64,000 nt of DNA from Frankiales bacterium (lineage in GTDB: Bacteria > Actinomycetota > Actinomycetes > JAFAQI01), in NCBI GenBank assembly GCA_025980465.1, contig JAICXJ010000011.1, positions 11,056-75,055 on the forward strand, in the 5' to 3' direction. The notes under the pieces are model-generated. The model was given only the letters and a program-made list of their open reading frames with translations, was not told the DNA's origin and ran no database searches. The first letter of the stretch is position 1. Every line of letters begins with the position of its first letter. A program made the translations under genes and the position numbers. Shown here piece after piece: positions 47,134-56,969 of this stretch.

Positions 47134-47634
47134 GTGCTGCCCCTGCATCGACCGCTGCTGGACGAGATCTCGCTAGCTGCTGCCGCCGGCGCCTTCGTCG
47201 CACTGGTTTCCGGGGTCGTCGCCAACATTCGGGTCGCTCGGCAGCGCAAGCAGTTGTCGACGCTGGAAGGCCCACACGGTCGCGAGTCGGTGCTCGATGC
47301 GCTCGATCGCGGCACGGCGGAGACCCAGGCGCTACGGGCCGAGTTGACCCGTGCCCGCCATGACCTCGACCTGGCCCGCAGTGAGCTGGCGGACGCGCTC
47401 CGCCATGTCGCGGTCGTGCGCTACGACGCCTTCGGTGACATGGGCGGGAGGCTGTCTTTCACCGCAGCATTGCTCGATGACTCAGGCGATGGCCTCGTCA
47501 TCACCTCGATCAACGGCCGTACCGAATCGCGCGCCTACGCGAAGGGCGTGAAGGAGGGCAACAGCGACCAGTCGCTGTCACCCGAGGAGGTTCAGGCGAT
47601 CGGACTGGCGCTCGGGCGCAAGGTCAAGGCGTAG
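47134..47634 (+). CDS. DUF4446-family protein
   Basis: 166 aa. N-terminal TM, a coiled coil, and the conserved block VVRYDAFGDMGGRLSFTAALLDDSGDGLVITSINGR. It sits upstream of pheA, as in other actinobacteria. Confidence 0.65.
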   Translation: MLPLHRPLLDEISLAAAAGAFVALVSGVVANIRVARQRKQLSTLEGPHGRESVLDALDRGTAETQALRAELTRARHDLDLARSELADALRHVAVVRYDAFGDMGGRLSFTAALLDDSGDGLVITSINGRTESRAYAKGVKEGNSDQSLSPEEVQAIGLALGRKVKA

Positions 47635-47640
47635 CCGGCG

Positions 47641-48579
47641 ATGCCAGGCATCCCACCGGCGAGGTACGCCTACCTCGGGCCGGAAGGCACCTTCTCGGAA
47701 CAGGCGCTGCGAGCGATCCCCGCCGCTGCGAACGCGGAGCAGATCCCGTGCGTATCGGTGGCGGACGCGCTCGACGCGGTACGCCGCGGCGAGGTCGCAG
47801 CCGCGCTCGTGCCGCTGGAGAACTCGGTCGAGGGCTCGGTCGCCGAGACGCTCGACGAACTCGCCGGAGGCGAGCCGCTGCAGATCGTGCGTGAGGTGCT
47901 GCTCTCGGTGTCCTTCGCACTCATGGTTCGTCCCGGCACGTCGCTGGGTGAGATCGCGACCGTGACGACCATCCCGCATGCCGAGGCGCAGGTGCGGCAG
48001 TGGCTTCGTAGTCAGCTGCCGGCCGCGAAGTTCATCGCGGCGTCGAGCACTGCGGACGGCGCGCGGGCAGTCGCCGCCGGTGACGCGGATGCCGCGGTCG
48101 CCGCTCCGCTGGCGGCCGAGCGGTACCGGCTCGAGGTTCTCAGCGATGACATCGCCGACCACCCGGGGGCGGTCACCCGGTTCGTGCTGGTTTCGAAGCC
48201 GTCGCCGCCGCCGCCGACGACCGGTGCCGATCGGACGACGGTTGTCGCGTTCATCGCCGACGACCATCCCGGCGCGTTGCTGGAGCTGCTCACCGAGTTC
48301 GCCGTACGCGGCGTCAACCTCACCCGCATCGAGTCGCGGCCCACCGGCGTCGGTCTCGGGCGCTACTGCTTCTCGATCGACGCCGAAGGCCACATCGCGC
48401 AGGAGCGGGTCGGCGAGGCGATGGCAGCGATCCGCCGGCTGTGCGCCGATGTCCGGTTTCTCGGGTCGTATCCGACCGCCGACGGCAGCACCCCGGGCGA
48501 ACGGAAGGGCACCAGCGACCTCGAGTTCACCGACGCCGCCGCCTGGGTCCAGCAGCTCCGCACCACCGGCCCTGCTTAG
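47641..48579 (+). CDS. pheA: Prephenate dehydratase
   Basis: 312 aa. PDT domain (YLGPEGTFSEQA, TRFVLV) and an ACT domain with LTRIESRP. Confidence 0.9.
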   Translation: MPGIPPARYAYLGPEGTFSEQALRAIPAAANAEQIPCVSVADALDAVRRGEVAAALVPLENSVEGSVAETLDELAGGEPLQIVREVLLSVSFALMVRPGTSLGEIATVTTIPHAEAQVRQWLRSQLPAAKFIAASSTADGARAVAAGDADAAVAAPLAAERYRLEVLSDDIADHPGAVTRFVLVSKPSPPPPTTGADRTTVVAFIADDHPGALLELLTEFAVRGVNLTRIESRPTGVGLGRYCFSIDAEGHIAQERVGEAMAAIRRLCADVRFLGSYPTADGSTPGERKGTSDLEFTDAAAWVQQLRTTGPA

Positions 48580-48605
48580 ACAGATCGACCCCCGCGACGG
48601 ACAGG

Positions 48606-48637
48606 CAGGACCCCCGCGCCCAGCCGCGGGGGTCCTG
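48606..48637 (+). terminator. Hairpin terminator after pheA
   Basis: Perfect 13-bp stem, caggacccccgcg (48606-48618) and cgcgggggtcctg (48625-48637), with a 6-nt loop. No U-tract, which is the I-shaped type common in high-GC actinobacteria. Confidence 0.65.
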
Positions 48638-48733
48638 CACTGCGCAGGATGCCTTAGATGATCTAGCCGCAACAAGGCAGGTTGACGTTTTCTCTGCGTC
48701 GCTCGGCGACACCTGCCACGTAGCCTTGCGAGC

Positions 48734-49996
48734 GTGATCGACCTGAAGGCGCTACGCGAGGGCCCGGACGCCTTCCGCACGAGTCAGCGCGCCCGCGGTG
48801 AGGACCCGGCGTCGATCGACGCTGCGCTCGCCGCTGATGAGCGACGCCGGGCGGCGGTCACCCGCGCCGATGCGCTGCGCGCCGAGTCCAACACGGCGAG
48901 CAAGGCAATTCAGAGCGCGGCGCCCGACGAACGTCCGGCGATGATCGAGCGAGCCAAGGCCCTCAAGGAACAGGTCAAGGATGCTGAGGCACAGCAGGCC
49001 GAGGCCGACGCTGCGCTACGAGCCGCGGCGTACGCGGTTGCGAACCTGGTCGATCCGGACGCGCCGATCGGAGGCGAAGCCGACGCCGTCGTCATCGAGA
49101 CCGTCGGCACGGTCCCGACCTATGACTTCGAGGTCCGCGACCACGTCGCGGTGGGCGAGACGATCGGCGCGCTCGATCTCGAGCGGGGCGCGAAGGTCAG
49201 CGGGGCCCGCTTCTACTTCCTCACCGGACCGGGGGCACTGCTCGAGTTCGCACTGGTCAATCTGGCGATGGAACAGGCGGTTGCGGCCGGCTTCACCCCG
49301 GTCGTGGCGCCGGCGCTGGTCCGGCCGGAGGCGATGGAAGGCACCGGCTTCCTCGGCTCGCACGCACCCGAGGTCTACCGGCTCGAGGCCGACGACTTGT
49401 ACCTCGTCGGCACCAGCGAGGTGGCGCTTGCCGCGATGCATTCCGACGAGGTGCTCGACGCCGGCTCGCTACCACGTCGGTACGCCGGGTTCTCCTCATG
49501 CTTTCGCCGCGAAGCGGGCTCCTACGGCCAGGACACCAAGGGCATCATCCGGGTGCACTGGTTCGACAAGGTCGAGATGTTCTCGTTTGTCGCGCCCGAG
49601 GCCGCGCCGGCCGAGCATCGCCGGTTGCTGGAGTGGGAGAAGGAGTTCCTCGGCAAGCTCGAGCTGCCATTCCAGGTCGTTGACATCGCGACGGGTGATC
49701 TGGGATCAAGCGCCGCGCGCAAGTTCGACTGCGAAGCGTGGTTCCCCACGCAAGCGAAGTATCGGGAGCTCACGTCGACGTCGAACTGCACGACGTTCCA
49801 AGCTCGCCGGCTCGGCATCCGATACCGAACGGACGACGGTCCGTCGCCCGTCGCGACGTTGAACGGGACGCTCTGCGCGATCACGCGCACCATCGCGTGC
49901 CTGCTCGAGGTGCACCAGCAGGCTGATGGGTCAGTGCGGGTTCCCGTCGCGCTTCGTCCGCATCTCGGTGGGCGTGAGGTGCTCGAGCCGGTCTGA
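48734..49996 (+). CDS. serS: Serine--tRNA ligase
   Basis: 420 aa, GTG start. N-terminal coiled coil, then class II motifs including [29 protein letters not shown]. Confidence 0.93.
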   Translation: MIDLKALREGPDAFRTSQRARGEDPASIDAALAADERRRAAVTRADALRAESNTASKAIQSAAPDERPAMIERAKALKEQVKDAEAQQAEADAALRAAAYAVANLVDPDAPIGGEADAVVIETVGTVPTYDFEVRDHVAVGETIGALDLERGAKVSGARFYFLTGPGALLEFALVNLAMEQAVAAGFTPVVAPALVRPEAMEGTGFLGSHAPEVYRLEADDLYLVGTSEVALAAMHSDEVLDAGSLPRRYAGFSSCFRREAGSYGQDTKGIIRVHWFDKVEMFSFVAPEAAPAEHRRLLEWEKEFLGKLELPFQVVDIATGDLGSSAARKFDCEAWFPTQAKYRELTSTSNCTTFQARRLGIRYRTDDGPSPVATLNGTLCAITRTIACLLEVHQQADGSVRVPVALRPHLGGREVLEPV

Positions 49997-50805
49997 TGGC
50001 GAACCCAGTAGCTCCGAAGGTCGTGGCCACCGATCTCGACGGCACGATCGTGCGCAGCGACGGCACGATCTCGGTTCGCACGCGTGAGGCACTTCGTGCT
50101 GCCCAGCGCGCCGGCGCACTCGTCATCGTCGTGACCGGAAGGCCACCACGCTGGCTGGATGGGATTGCCGAGGCCACTGGTCAGCACGGGCTGGCAATTT
50201 GCGCCAATGGCGCCTTGGTCTACGACCTCGCGACCGATCAGGTCGTCGACTCCCGGCCGATCCCGGAGGACACCGTGCGTGAACTGATGCGCGAACTTCG
50301 GGTGGCGGTGGCCGAGATCCACTTCGCCGTCGAGTGCGTCGATGGCCAGTTCATCCACGAACCCGGCTACATCCCCAAATGGACCCCGGAGGCCGGCACG
50401 ATCGTCGGCGACATCATGTCCTCGCTGACTCGTCCGGTCGCCAAGCTGCTCGCCCGTCGCGAGGGCATGCCGTCAGACGCGCTGCTGGGGCTGGCACGTG
50501 CTGCCGTCGACGCCCACCTGGCGAACGTGACCCACTCGTCCATAGACGGATTGTTGGAGATCAACGGGCGGGGCGTCACCAAGGCCGCGACCCTCGAACG
50601 CCTGCTGGCCGACCGCGGGCTCGCCGCCGCCGATGTGATCGCGTTCGGCGACATGCCGAACGATGTGGAGCTGCTGGCCTGGGCGGGCCACGGTGTCGCG
50701 GTCGCCAACGCCCATCCGGAGGTGCTGGCGGTGACCGATGAGGTCACTCTCAGCAACGACCAGGACGGCGTTGCCCTCGTCCTGGAGCGAATCTTCGCCG
50801 CCTAA
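49996..50805 (+). CDS. Cof-type HAD-IIB family hydrolase
   Basis: 269 aa. Motif I VATDLDGTIV and motif IV FGDMPNDVELL. The ATG overlaps the serS TGA. Confidence 0.85.
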   Translation: MANPVAPKVVATDLDGTIVRSDGTISVRTREALRAAQRAGALVIVVTGRPPRWLDGIAEATGQHGLAICANGALVYDLATDQVVDSRPIPEDTVRELMRELRVAVAEIHFAVECVDGQFIHEPGYIPKWTPEAGTIVGDIMSSLTRPVAKLLARREGMPSDALLGLARAAVDAHLANVTHSSIDGLLEINGRGVTKAATLERLLADRGLAAADVIAFGDMPNDVELLAWAGHGVAVANAHPEVLAVTDEVTLSNDQDGVALVLERIFAA

Positions 50806-50818
50806 CCCCCTGCCCGAG

Positions 50819-51448
50819 TCAGGGAGCGACGGGTGGCGTGCCCGCCGTGACCAGCGGCCGCAGCGGCGTACCTTGCAACCATTCGGTGATCCGGGTCAAC
50901 AGCGGGACGAGTAGCCAGACGCCCAGGCAGGCGACCACCGCGCCGAGTGCGAGGCCGGCAAGGACGTCTTGTGGGTAGTGGACCCCCACATACACCCGGC
51001 TGAACGCGATCAGCAGCGCAATCAGCCAAGCGACGATCCCCAGCCGCCATGACACGAACACCAGCGCCGCCGCGACAGCTCCCGATGCGGTCGCGTGGTC
51101 CGACGGAAAGCCGGCGTCACTGGCGTGGTGGATCAGGGTCAGCGCCGACGGGATCGCGACGAAGGGCCGCCGCTCGTCGACCGCGGAGGAGATCGGCTGG
51201 GCGATGCCCAGTGCGATGAGCGCTGCCAGCGCGCCCCAGACCGAAGTGGTGACGCCGCGCGGGGACGACGCCCGCCGACTGATCCACCAGCCGATGACCA
51301 AGGCGACGGCGAGCAGTACGACGCCGTACTTCGCGAAGAACTCCATGATCCCGTGCAGCCACGACGTGTGACGCGCGAAGTGGTTGACGTCGAGGAACGC
51401 ATGACGGTCCCAGGATGAGCGGGGGACCGATGAGGTCGTCAGCAGCAC
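50819..51448 (-). CDS. PAP2-family phosphatase
   Basis: 209 aa, membrane protein. Motifs PSDHATASGA and SRVYVGVHYPQDVLAG. Confidence 0.85.
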   Translation of the reverse strand: MLLTTSSVPRSSWDRHAFLDVNHFARHTSWLHGIMEFFAKYGVVLLAVALVIGWWISRRASSPRGVTTSVWGALAALIALGIAQPISSAVDERRPFVAIPSALTLIHHASDAGFPSDHATASGAVAAALVFVSWRLGIVAWLIALLIAFSRVYVGVHYPQDVLAGLALGAVVACLGVWLLVPLLTRITEWLQGTPLRPLVTAGTPPVAP

Positions 51449-51473
51449 GCGAGAAGTGTGCCGTACTCACCTC

Positions 51474-52001
51474 TCACAGGTAGAGACCCGAGCCGGGCTG
51501 ACCTGGTTGCTGACCCTGAGCGCGGCCGGCCGGCAGCGCTCGGTGCATCTCCTCGAGCTGGGCCCGGGCAGCCATCTGCTGGGCGAACAGGGTGGCCTGG
51601 ATCCCGTGGAACAGTCCCTCCAGCCAGCCGACGAGCTGCGCCTGCGCGATGCGAAGTTCGGCGTCCGACGGCACATCGTCTCCGGAGAAGGGAAGCGAGA
51701 GGCGGTCGAGCTCGTCGCGCAGGTCGGGGGCCAGCCCGCTCGCCAGCTCCTTGATCGAACTTTCGTGGATCTCCTTCAACCGGATCCGGCTGGCATCGTC
51801 CAGCGGAGCCGCCCGGACCTCCTCGAGCAGCTGCTTGATCATCGACCCGATCCGCATCACCTTGGCGGGTTGCTCAACCATGTCGGCGACCTGGTTGTCG
51901 TGGCCGTCGTCTTCCGCGGGCTCGGCGTCGTCGATGGGCGATCCATCGGGTCCGACGGTCACGACGCGGAACGGCTCAGGACGCTCAGACTGCTCGGTCA
52001 T
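51474..52001 (-). CDS. bpa: Bacterial proteasome activator (Bpa/PafE, DUF2587-like)
   Basis: Start at the internal ATG (MTEQSERPEPFRVV...), 175 aa. Conserved helical core MRIGSMIKQLLEEVRAAPLD...LVGWLEGLFHGIQ. Gly/Gln-rich tail ending GSGLYL. Confidence 0.7.
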   Translation of the reverse strand: MTEQSERPEPFRVVTVGPDGSPIDDAEPAEDDGHDNQVADMVEQPAKVMRIGSMIKQLLEEVRAAPLDDASRIRLKEIHESSIKELASGLAPDLRDELDRLSLPFSGDDVPSDAELRIAQAQLVGWLEGLFHGIQATLFAQQMAARAQLEEMHRALPAGRAQGQQPGQPGSGLYL

Positions 52002-52062
52002 CCATCTATCGTCTCCGAGAATCAATTCGCCACACCGGCCAGGGTAGGCGAGTCTTTCGGAG

Positions 52063-52980
52063 ATGGTGGGGATCGGAGAGATGCGAGCGGCGCTGATCGA
52101 GGACGCGCCGGCGATTCTCGATCTCGCTCTACTTGCTGATCTCGCCGAAGTGGGCGAGCCCAACACGACCATGGAGCTGGTCGAGGCGGACTTCAAGACG
52201 TCCAGCCTGCGTGCGGCGGTGATCGACGACGCAGCGGGAGGGCTGTCCGGGTACGCGTTCGTCGACCATCTCGACGGTCATGAAAAGTGCTGGGGCGACA
52301 TCATCGTGAAACCCGGCGCCGACATCGTGATCGGCCGCAGTTTGGTGGAGTGGCTGCGCCGCACCGCACGGGACCTGGCGCCCGGCGCGCCCTGTCATGT
52401 CTTCGCCGGCTCGGTGAACCTTCTCAAGCAACGTGCATACGCGGAGGCTGGTGGCGAGGTCATCCGTCGCTTCTTCCGCATGGGAATCGAGTTCGCCGAT
52501 GACGAGGTCATCTCTGTGCCGGCTCCCGCGCCCGGCGTCGAGATCCGCGGCGTCACCGACGACGAGGCTGACCTACGCACCATGCACGCGATCGTGGATG
52601 TCGCCTTCCGCGATCACTTCGCTCACGAGTCCGAGTCCTTCGAGACCTGGCGCGGGCACACGTTCGACGGGACCTGCGCCGATCTGTCGCTGTGGTGGCT
52701 TGGCTTCGTCGACGGCGTCCCGGCTGCTGGCTTGTACAGCAGCACGCTCCCGACATCGGGTTACGTCGACACCCTCGCAACGCTGCGCGAGTTTCGTGGC
52801 AACGGTCTCGGCCGACTGCTCCTGCTCACGTCGTTCGCCGAGTTCCAGCGCCGCGGCTTTCGCAAGGTCGTGCTCGGCGTCGACGCGACCAACCCCACCG
52901 GTGCGCTCGCGCTGTACGAGTCGGCTGGCATGCGGGCCGAACACCAGGGTTTGCGGTACTCGCTTCCACCACTTCTCTAG
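52063..52980 (+). CDS. Tandem-GNAT N-acetyltransferase (MshD-like architecture)
   Basis: 305 aa, two GNAT halves. The second carries the acetyl-CoA motif FRGNGLGRLLL. ATG 52081 is an alternative start. Confidence 0.7.
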   Translation: MVGIGEMRAALIEDAPAILDLALLADLAEVGEPNTTMELVEADFKTSSLRAAVIDDAAGGLSGYAFVDHLDGHEKCWGDIIVKPGADIVIGRSLVEWLRRTARDLAPGAPCHVFAGSVNLLKQRAYAEAGGEVIRRFFRMGIEFADDEVISVPAPAPGVEIRGVTDDEADLRTMHAIVDVAFRDHFAHESESFETWRGHTFDGTCADLSLWWLGFVDGVPAAGLYSSTLPTSGYVDTLATLREFRGNGLGRLLLLTSFAEFQRRGFRKVVLGVDATNPTGALALYESAGMRAEHQGLRYSLPPLL

Positions 52981-52992
52981 CGGCGCAGCGCC

Positions 52993-54858
52993 CTACCTCG
53001 TAAACAACGGCCCTTCACCGGCAGGGTCGAGCAGGTCGCGCTCGAATGCGGTGTATCGGCCGTCGAGCACGTTGCGCGCTGCCTGGTAGTTGTCGGCGTC
53101 GTTGTTGAACCACAGATCGTGGAACAGCCGATCGACTCGACGCTGCGACTGCTGGCAGAACAGGTCGGCGAGCTCGACGTACTGTGCCGCATTCGTCGGG
53201 TCCTCCTTCGCCAGCGTCTGCGCATACACACACGAGCAGGCGATCGCGTAGAGCTCTGCACCGATGTCGACGATCCGGCCGAGGAACGACTGCTTCTTCT
53301 CGAGCCCGCCTTGCCAGCGACCCATCCCGTAGAACGTCGAGCGCGCCAGCTTCCGGCAGTTGCGTTCGGCGAAGCGTAGGTGCCCGGCGAGCTCGCCGAA
53401 CTCGGTGTACGACGTCGGCACCGTCCCCTTGCCGGTTGCGAGCTTGGGCAACCACTTCGCGTAGAAGCTACCGGCCTTCGCTGCCGTCCTCGCCTTTGCC
53501 GGCAACGGCACGTCAGGCTCGATGATGTCGCCGGCAACCTGCAGGTGCTGGTCGACCGCCTCACGTGCGATCAGCAGGTGCATGATCTCGGTCGAGCCTT
53601 CGAAGATCCGGTTGATGCGCATGTCACGGAGCAGCTGCTCGGCAGGGACCGGCTTCTCACCGCGCGCCTTCAGCGACTCAGCGGTCTCGTAACCCCGCCC
53701 GCCCCGGACCTGGATCATGTCGTCGACGACCTGCCAGCACATCTCGGAGCCGAACAGCTTGGCGAGCGCCGCCTCGATGCGGATGTCGTTGCGCTTCTCA
53801 TCCGCGAGCCGGCTCGACACGTCGAGCATCGCCTCGATCCCGAACGACGTGCCGGCGATCGTCGCGATCTTCTGCGCAACCGCGTCGTGCTGCCCGACCG
53901 GGACGCCCCACTGCACTCGCTGGGTTCCCCACTCGCGCACGATCTTCAGGCAGTACTTGCTCACGCTCGCGCAGATCGCCGGCAGCGACAGCCGACCGGT
54001 GTTGAGGGTCGTGAGGGCGATCTTCAGCCCGATGCCCTCCTTGCCGACCACGTTCGCCGCCGGCACCACCACGTTGTCGAAGACGGTGACCGAGTTCTCG
54101 ATGCCACGCAGACCCATGAATGCGTTTCGGTGCGTGACGGTCATGCCAGGGGTGTCGCACGGGACGATGAACGCCGTGATCCCACCCTTGTGACCGTCGC
54201 TCTTCGGCACCATCGCCATCACGATCACGACGTCGGCGAAGGCACCGTTCGTCGCCCACAGCTTGGTGCCGTTGATCGTGTACGACGACCCGTCCTCGCT
54301 GGGTACGGCGGTGACCGACAGCCGCGCCGGGTCGGAGCCGACGTCGGGCTCGGTGAGCAGGAAGGCGCTGATGTGGGTTCGGGCAACCTTCGGCAGCCAC
54401 TCGCGCTTCTGTTCCTCCGAGCCGAACAGCATCAAGGGCTGCGGCAGGCCGATCGACTGATGCGCCGACAGCAACGTCGACAGCGAGCTGTGCCACAGGC
54501 CGGCCATCGCGAGCGCCTTGTTGTAGTACACCTGCGACAGCCCGAGCCCGCCGTACTCGGTCGGGATCTTCATGCCGAGGGCGCCGAGTGACTTCAGGCC
54601 CTCGACCACATCCTCGGGGATCCGGGCCTCGCGTTCGATCGCCAGCGGGTCGACCTTGTTCTCCAGGAACGATCGAAGTTCGGCGAGGAACGCCTCGCCC
54701 CGCTCGACGACTTCTGCCGGCAGCGCCGGCTGCGGGTGGATCAGGTCGAGCCGGAAGTTGCCGAGGAACAGTTCTTTGCCGAAGCTGGGCAGCGTCCATT
54801 CGGTCTCCCGGGCCGCCTCGGCGACCTGACGGGCCTGCTTTTCGCTGATCTCGCTCAC
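52993..54858 (-). CDS. Long (about 620 aa) acyl-CoA dehydrogenase
   Basis: Start at GTG 54858, 6 nt after AAGGAG (VSEISEKQARQV...). ACAD segments AFLLTEPDVGSDPARL and VRGGRGYETAE, plus a C-terminal extension. Confidence 0.88.
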   Translation of the reverse strand: MSEISEKQARQVAEAARETEWTLPSFGKELFLGNFRLDLIHPQPALPAEVVERGEAFLAELRSFLENKVDPLAIEREARIPEDVVEGLKSLGALGMKIPTEYGGLGLSQVYYNKALAMAGLWHSSLSTLLSAHQSIGLPQPLMLFGSEEQKREWLPKVARTHISAFLLTEPDVGSDPARLSVTAVPSEDGSSYTINGTKLWATNGAFADVVIVMAMVPKSDGHKGGITAFIVPCDTPGMTVTHRNAFMGLRGIENSVTVFDNVVVPAANVVGKEGIGLKIALTTLNTGRLSLPAICASVSKYCLKIVREWGTQRVQWGVPVGQHDAVAQKIATIAGTSFGIEAMLDVSSRLADEKRNDIRIEAALAKLFGSEMCWQVVDDMIQVRGGRGYETAESLKARGEKPVPAEQLLRDMRINRIFEGSTEIMHLLIAREAVDQHLQVAGDIIEPDVPLPAKARTAAKAGSFYAKWLPKLATGKGTVPTSYTEFGELAGHLRFAERNCRKLARSTFYGMGRWQGGLEKKQSFLGRIVDIGAELYAIACSCVYAQTLAKEDPTNAAQYVELADLFCQQSQRRVDRLFHDLWFNNDADNYQAARNVLDGRYTAFERDLLDPAGEGPLFTR

Positions 54859-54947
54859 GGCGGCTCCTTTGCCCCTGGTGACTTCTCGCTCTCCCGCAGT
54901 GTTACCCGCCAGTAGCCAAAAGTGAACTGTCAGGGAGGATCGAGTAC

Positions 54948-55225
54948 ATGCGGAGTACGACCATCGAGGTGGCGACCGGCAGCCGATCGCAGGTGTACGT
55001 GCCGCCATCGACGAGCTGTTGCCGCGCGACGCCCGCTGGCGGCACAGTCACGGCTCGGCCGGGCACGGCCGCGATCACGTGCTGCCGGCGATCGTCGCGC
55101 CGTCCATCACGGTCCCGGTGATCGACGGACGGCTGCAGCTCGGCACCTGGCAGTCGATCTGCCTGGTCGACACGAACCTGGACAACCCGCACCGCACGGT
55201 GCGGCTGAGCTTCCTCGAGGGCTGA
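54948..55225 (+). pseudogene. yjbQ: Decayed yjbQ (UPF0047) gene with a frameshift and an internal deletion
   Basis: ATG 54948 follows GGGAGGA and gives MRSTTIEVATGSRSQVY in one frame. The YjbQ-like C-terminus (AAIDELLPRDARWRHSH...HVLPAIVAPSITVPVIDGRLQLGTWQSICLVD...RTVRLSFLEG) is in another frame from about 55001. The total space of 278 nt is too short for the usual roughly 135-aa protein. Confidence 0.6.
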
Positions 55226-55230
55226 CCCGG

Positions 55231-56445
55231 CTACCGGGCGAAGGGCGTCGCGGTCCAGTGCCGCCCGGCATCGACGCTGGACAGGAACGCCGGGTGCCGG
55301 CCGTCGCGGATGCCGACGATGTGCGTCGTACTGATGTACGCCGCGAACGTCACCGGGCCGTTCCCGGTGGCGGCACGCTGCCAGTCCTGGCCGTGATCGA
55401 AGCTCACGTACGGCGCTCCAATGCCGGTGGTGATGATCAGGTGGTCCCAGGTGCCGGCCGAGAGGGTGGCGGTGGCGGCCGTCAGGTCGGGCAGGTTCGC
55501 GACGTCTGACCAGCGCAGCCCGCCGTCGTTCGACTCGAACAGGCTGCCGACGCCGCGTACCGGCGTGCACTCGGCGGCGAGGTCGGTCGGGCTCCAGGCC
55601 GAGAACGACTGCGGCCCGGGGCCGCACGGGTTGATGCCTTCGCGCCAGGTCGTGCCATCGGTGCTGACCCACAGGTCCTCGCCGCCGGTGACGACCACCG
55701 ACCCGCCACTGAGGGTCAGCGCACTGTCATGGCTCCCGATCGGTGGTACGGCGCTGACGCGCTGCAGGGTCGGCGCGTCCAGGGTCGCGGTGAACAGCCG
55801 GGGCTCACGGCACTGTTCGCATGACTGCACCAGCGCCCAGACCCGGCCCTTCATCGTCTCCAGGTCGACGATGTTGCCCGGAGTCGGCAGTGTCGCCCAG
55901 GTCTTCCCGCCGTCGCGAGTCACCTGGTACTGCGGGCCGAAGCTGAACCCCACCACGCTGGTCGCGAAGCGCACCGCGCCCTGCGGCGGCGGCGACGCCG
56001 GTACGGCCGCCCATCCCGCTCCACCGTCGGCGGTGTGCCCGAAGCCGCCGTTGATCGTTCCGCCGGTTACCCGGGTCGCGCCGCTGACCCAGCCTTCGGT
56101 CTGAGAGACGAAGCTGATGGTCTGCGGCGACAGGCGGTTGAGGGTCTTGGGGCTGGTGAGCAGGCTCTGCCCGCGTTTGAGGGTTGGTTCGGTGATCGGC
56201 GAGGTCTGCTTCGAGGACCCGGCGACGTTCAACGGCTGATTGGAGGAATGGCCGCGTACGGCGATCACGGCGGGGATCGCCCCCGCGATCACGACGATCG
56301 CAGCGCTGATCGCCACCACCGCCTTGCCCTGCCGGCGACGGCGGGCTCGGCGGCGTACCGAGTCCCACAGCTCGGTCGGCGGCTCGAGCCGGTCGTGGTT
56401 GCCACGAAGCAGCGCCTCGAGGTCACGGTCGAAGTGGTCGCTCAT
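55231..56445 (-). CDS. Single-pass membrane protein with extracytoplasmic Asp-box (BNR) beta-propeller; putative ECF partner/anti-sigma
   Basis: 404 aa. Short cytoplasmic N-terminus, TM helix AVVAISAAIVVIAGAIPAVIAV, and six Asp-box-like motifs (TADGGAGW, TRDGGKTW, STDGTTW, SNDGGLRW, SFDHGQDW, SVDAGRHW). Overlaps the sigma gene by 4 nt. Confidence 0.7.
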   Translation of the reverse strand: MSDHFDRDLEALLRGNHDRLEPPTELWDSVRRRARRRRQGKAVVAISAAIVVIAGAIPAVIAVRGHSSNQPLNVAGSSKQTSPITEPTLKRGQSLLTSPKTLNRLSPQTISFVSQTEGWVSGATRVTGGTINGGFGHTADGGAGWAAVPASPPPQGAVRFATSVVGFSFGPQYQVTRDGGKTWATLPTPGNIVDLETMKGRVWALVQSCEQCREPRLFTATLDAPTLQRVSAVPPIGSHDSALTLSGGSVVVTGGEDLWVSTDGTTWREGINPCGPGPQSFSAWSPTDLAAECTPVRGVGSLFESNDGGLRWSDVANLPDLTAATATLSAGTWDHLIITTGIGAPYVSFDHGQDWQRAATGNGPVTFAAYISTTHIVGIRDGRHPAFLSSVDAGRHWTATPFAR

Positions 56446-56969
56446 GCCGGGTCCTGCAGGAGCGCTTGGAGCTTGGCGCGGGCGTCGAACAGGTCCCGCT
56501 TCACCGTTCCGGGTGCCACGCCGAGCTGCCGGGCGATTGCGTCGATCGGGAGGTCCGCGAAGTAGTGCAGCACGACGACCTGTTGCAGCCGCCGCGGTAG
56601 GCCCTCGACCAGCATGCGAATCTCGGGCGCCGGCGGCGCCTGGGTCGCCACGCCTGCTGCGGTCTTACGCAGCGCGACCCGCTCCCGCTCGCTGCGCCGC
56701 CAGCGGTCGCGGATCAGGTTGAGTGCCGTCGTGTAGAGGTACGCGCGCGGGTCGGTCACCGTCGTCCACCGGCCGAGCAGCCGCACGAACGCCTCGGCCG
56801 CGATGTCGTGGGCGGTTTCCTCGTCACCGATCATGCGCCGGCACCAGCCGGCGAGCGGTGCGTAGTGCAGCCGGAAGATCGCCTCGCCCGTCGGCGCTGC
56901 GTCCACCGGTGGAGCCTCCCAGGCTGCTCGAGACGGCCCAGCCTCCAACGCGGGCACAGCGACGTTCAC
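56442..56969 (-). CDS. ECF-type RNA polymerase sigma-70 family factor
   Basis: 175 aa. Region 2 (DIAAEAFVRLL, YLYTTALNLIRDRWR) and region 4 HTH (VVVLHYFADLPIDAIARQLGVAPGTVKRDLFDARAKL). GTG start is tentative. Confidence 0.85.
   Translation of the reverse strand: MNVAVPALEAGPSRAAWEAPPVDAAPTGEAIFRLHYAPLAGWCRRMIGDEETAHDIAAEAFVRLLGRWTTVTDPRAYLYTTALNLIRDRWRRSERERVALRKTAAGVATQAPPAPEIRMLVEGLPRRLQQVVVLHYFADLPIDAIARQLGVAPGTVKRDLFDARAKLQALLQDPA

Noticed and set aside
48638-48733. A T-box leader upstream of serS.
   Set aside because: No specifier-loop/T-box consensus (AGAGA...GGTGGNACCGCG type) is visible. The only strong structure is the pheA terminator hairpin.
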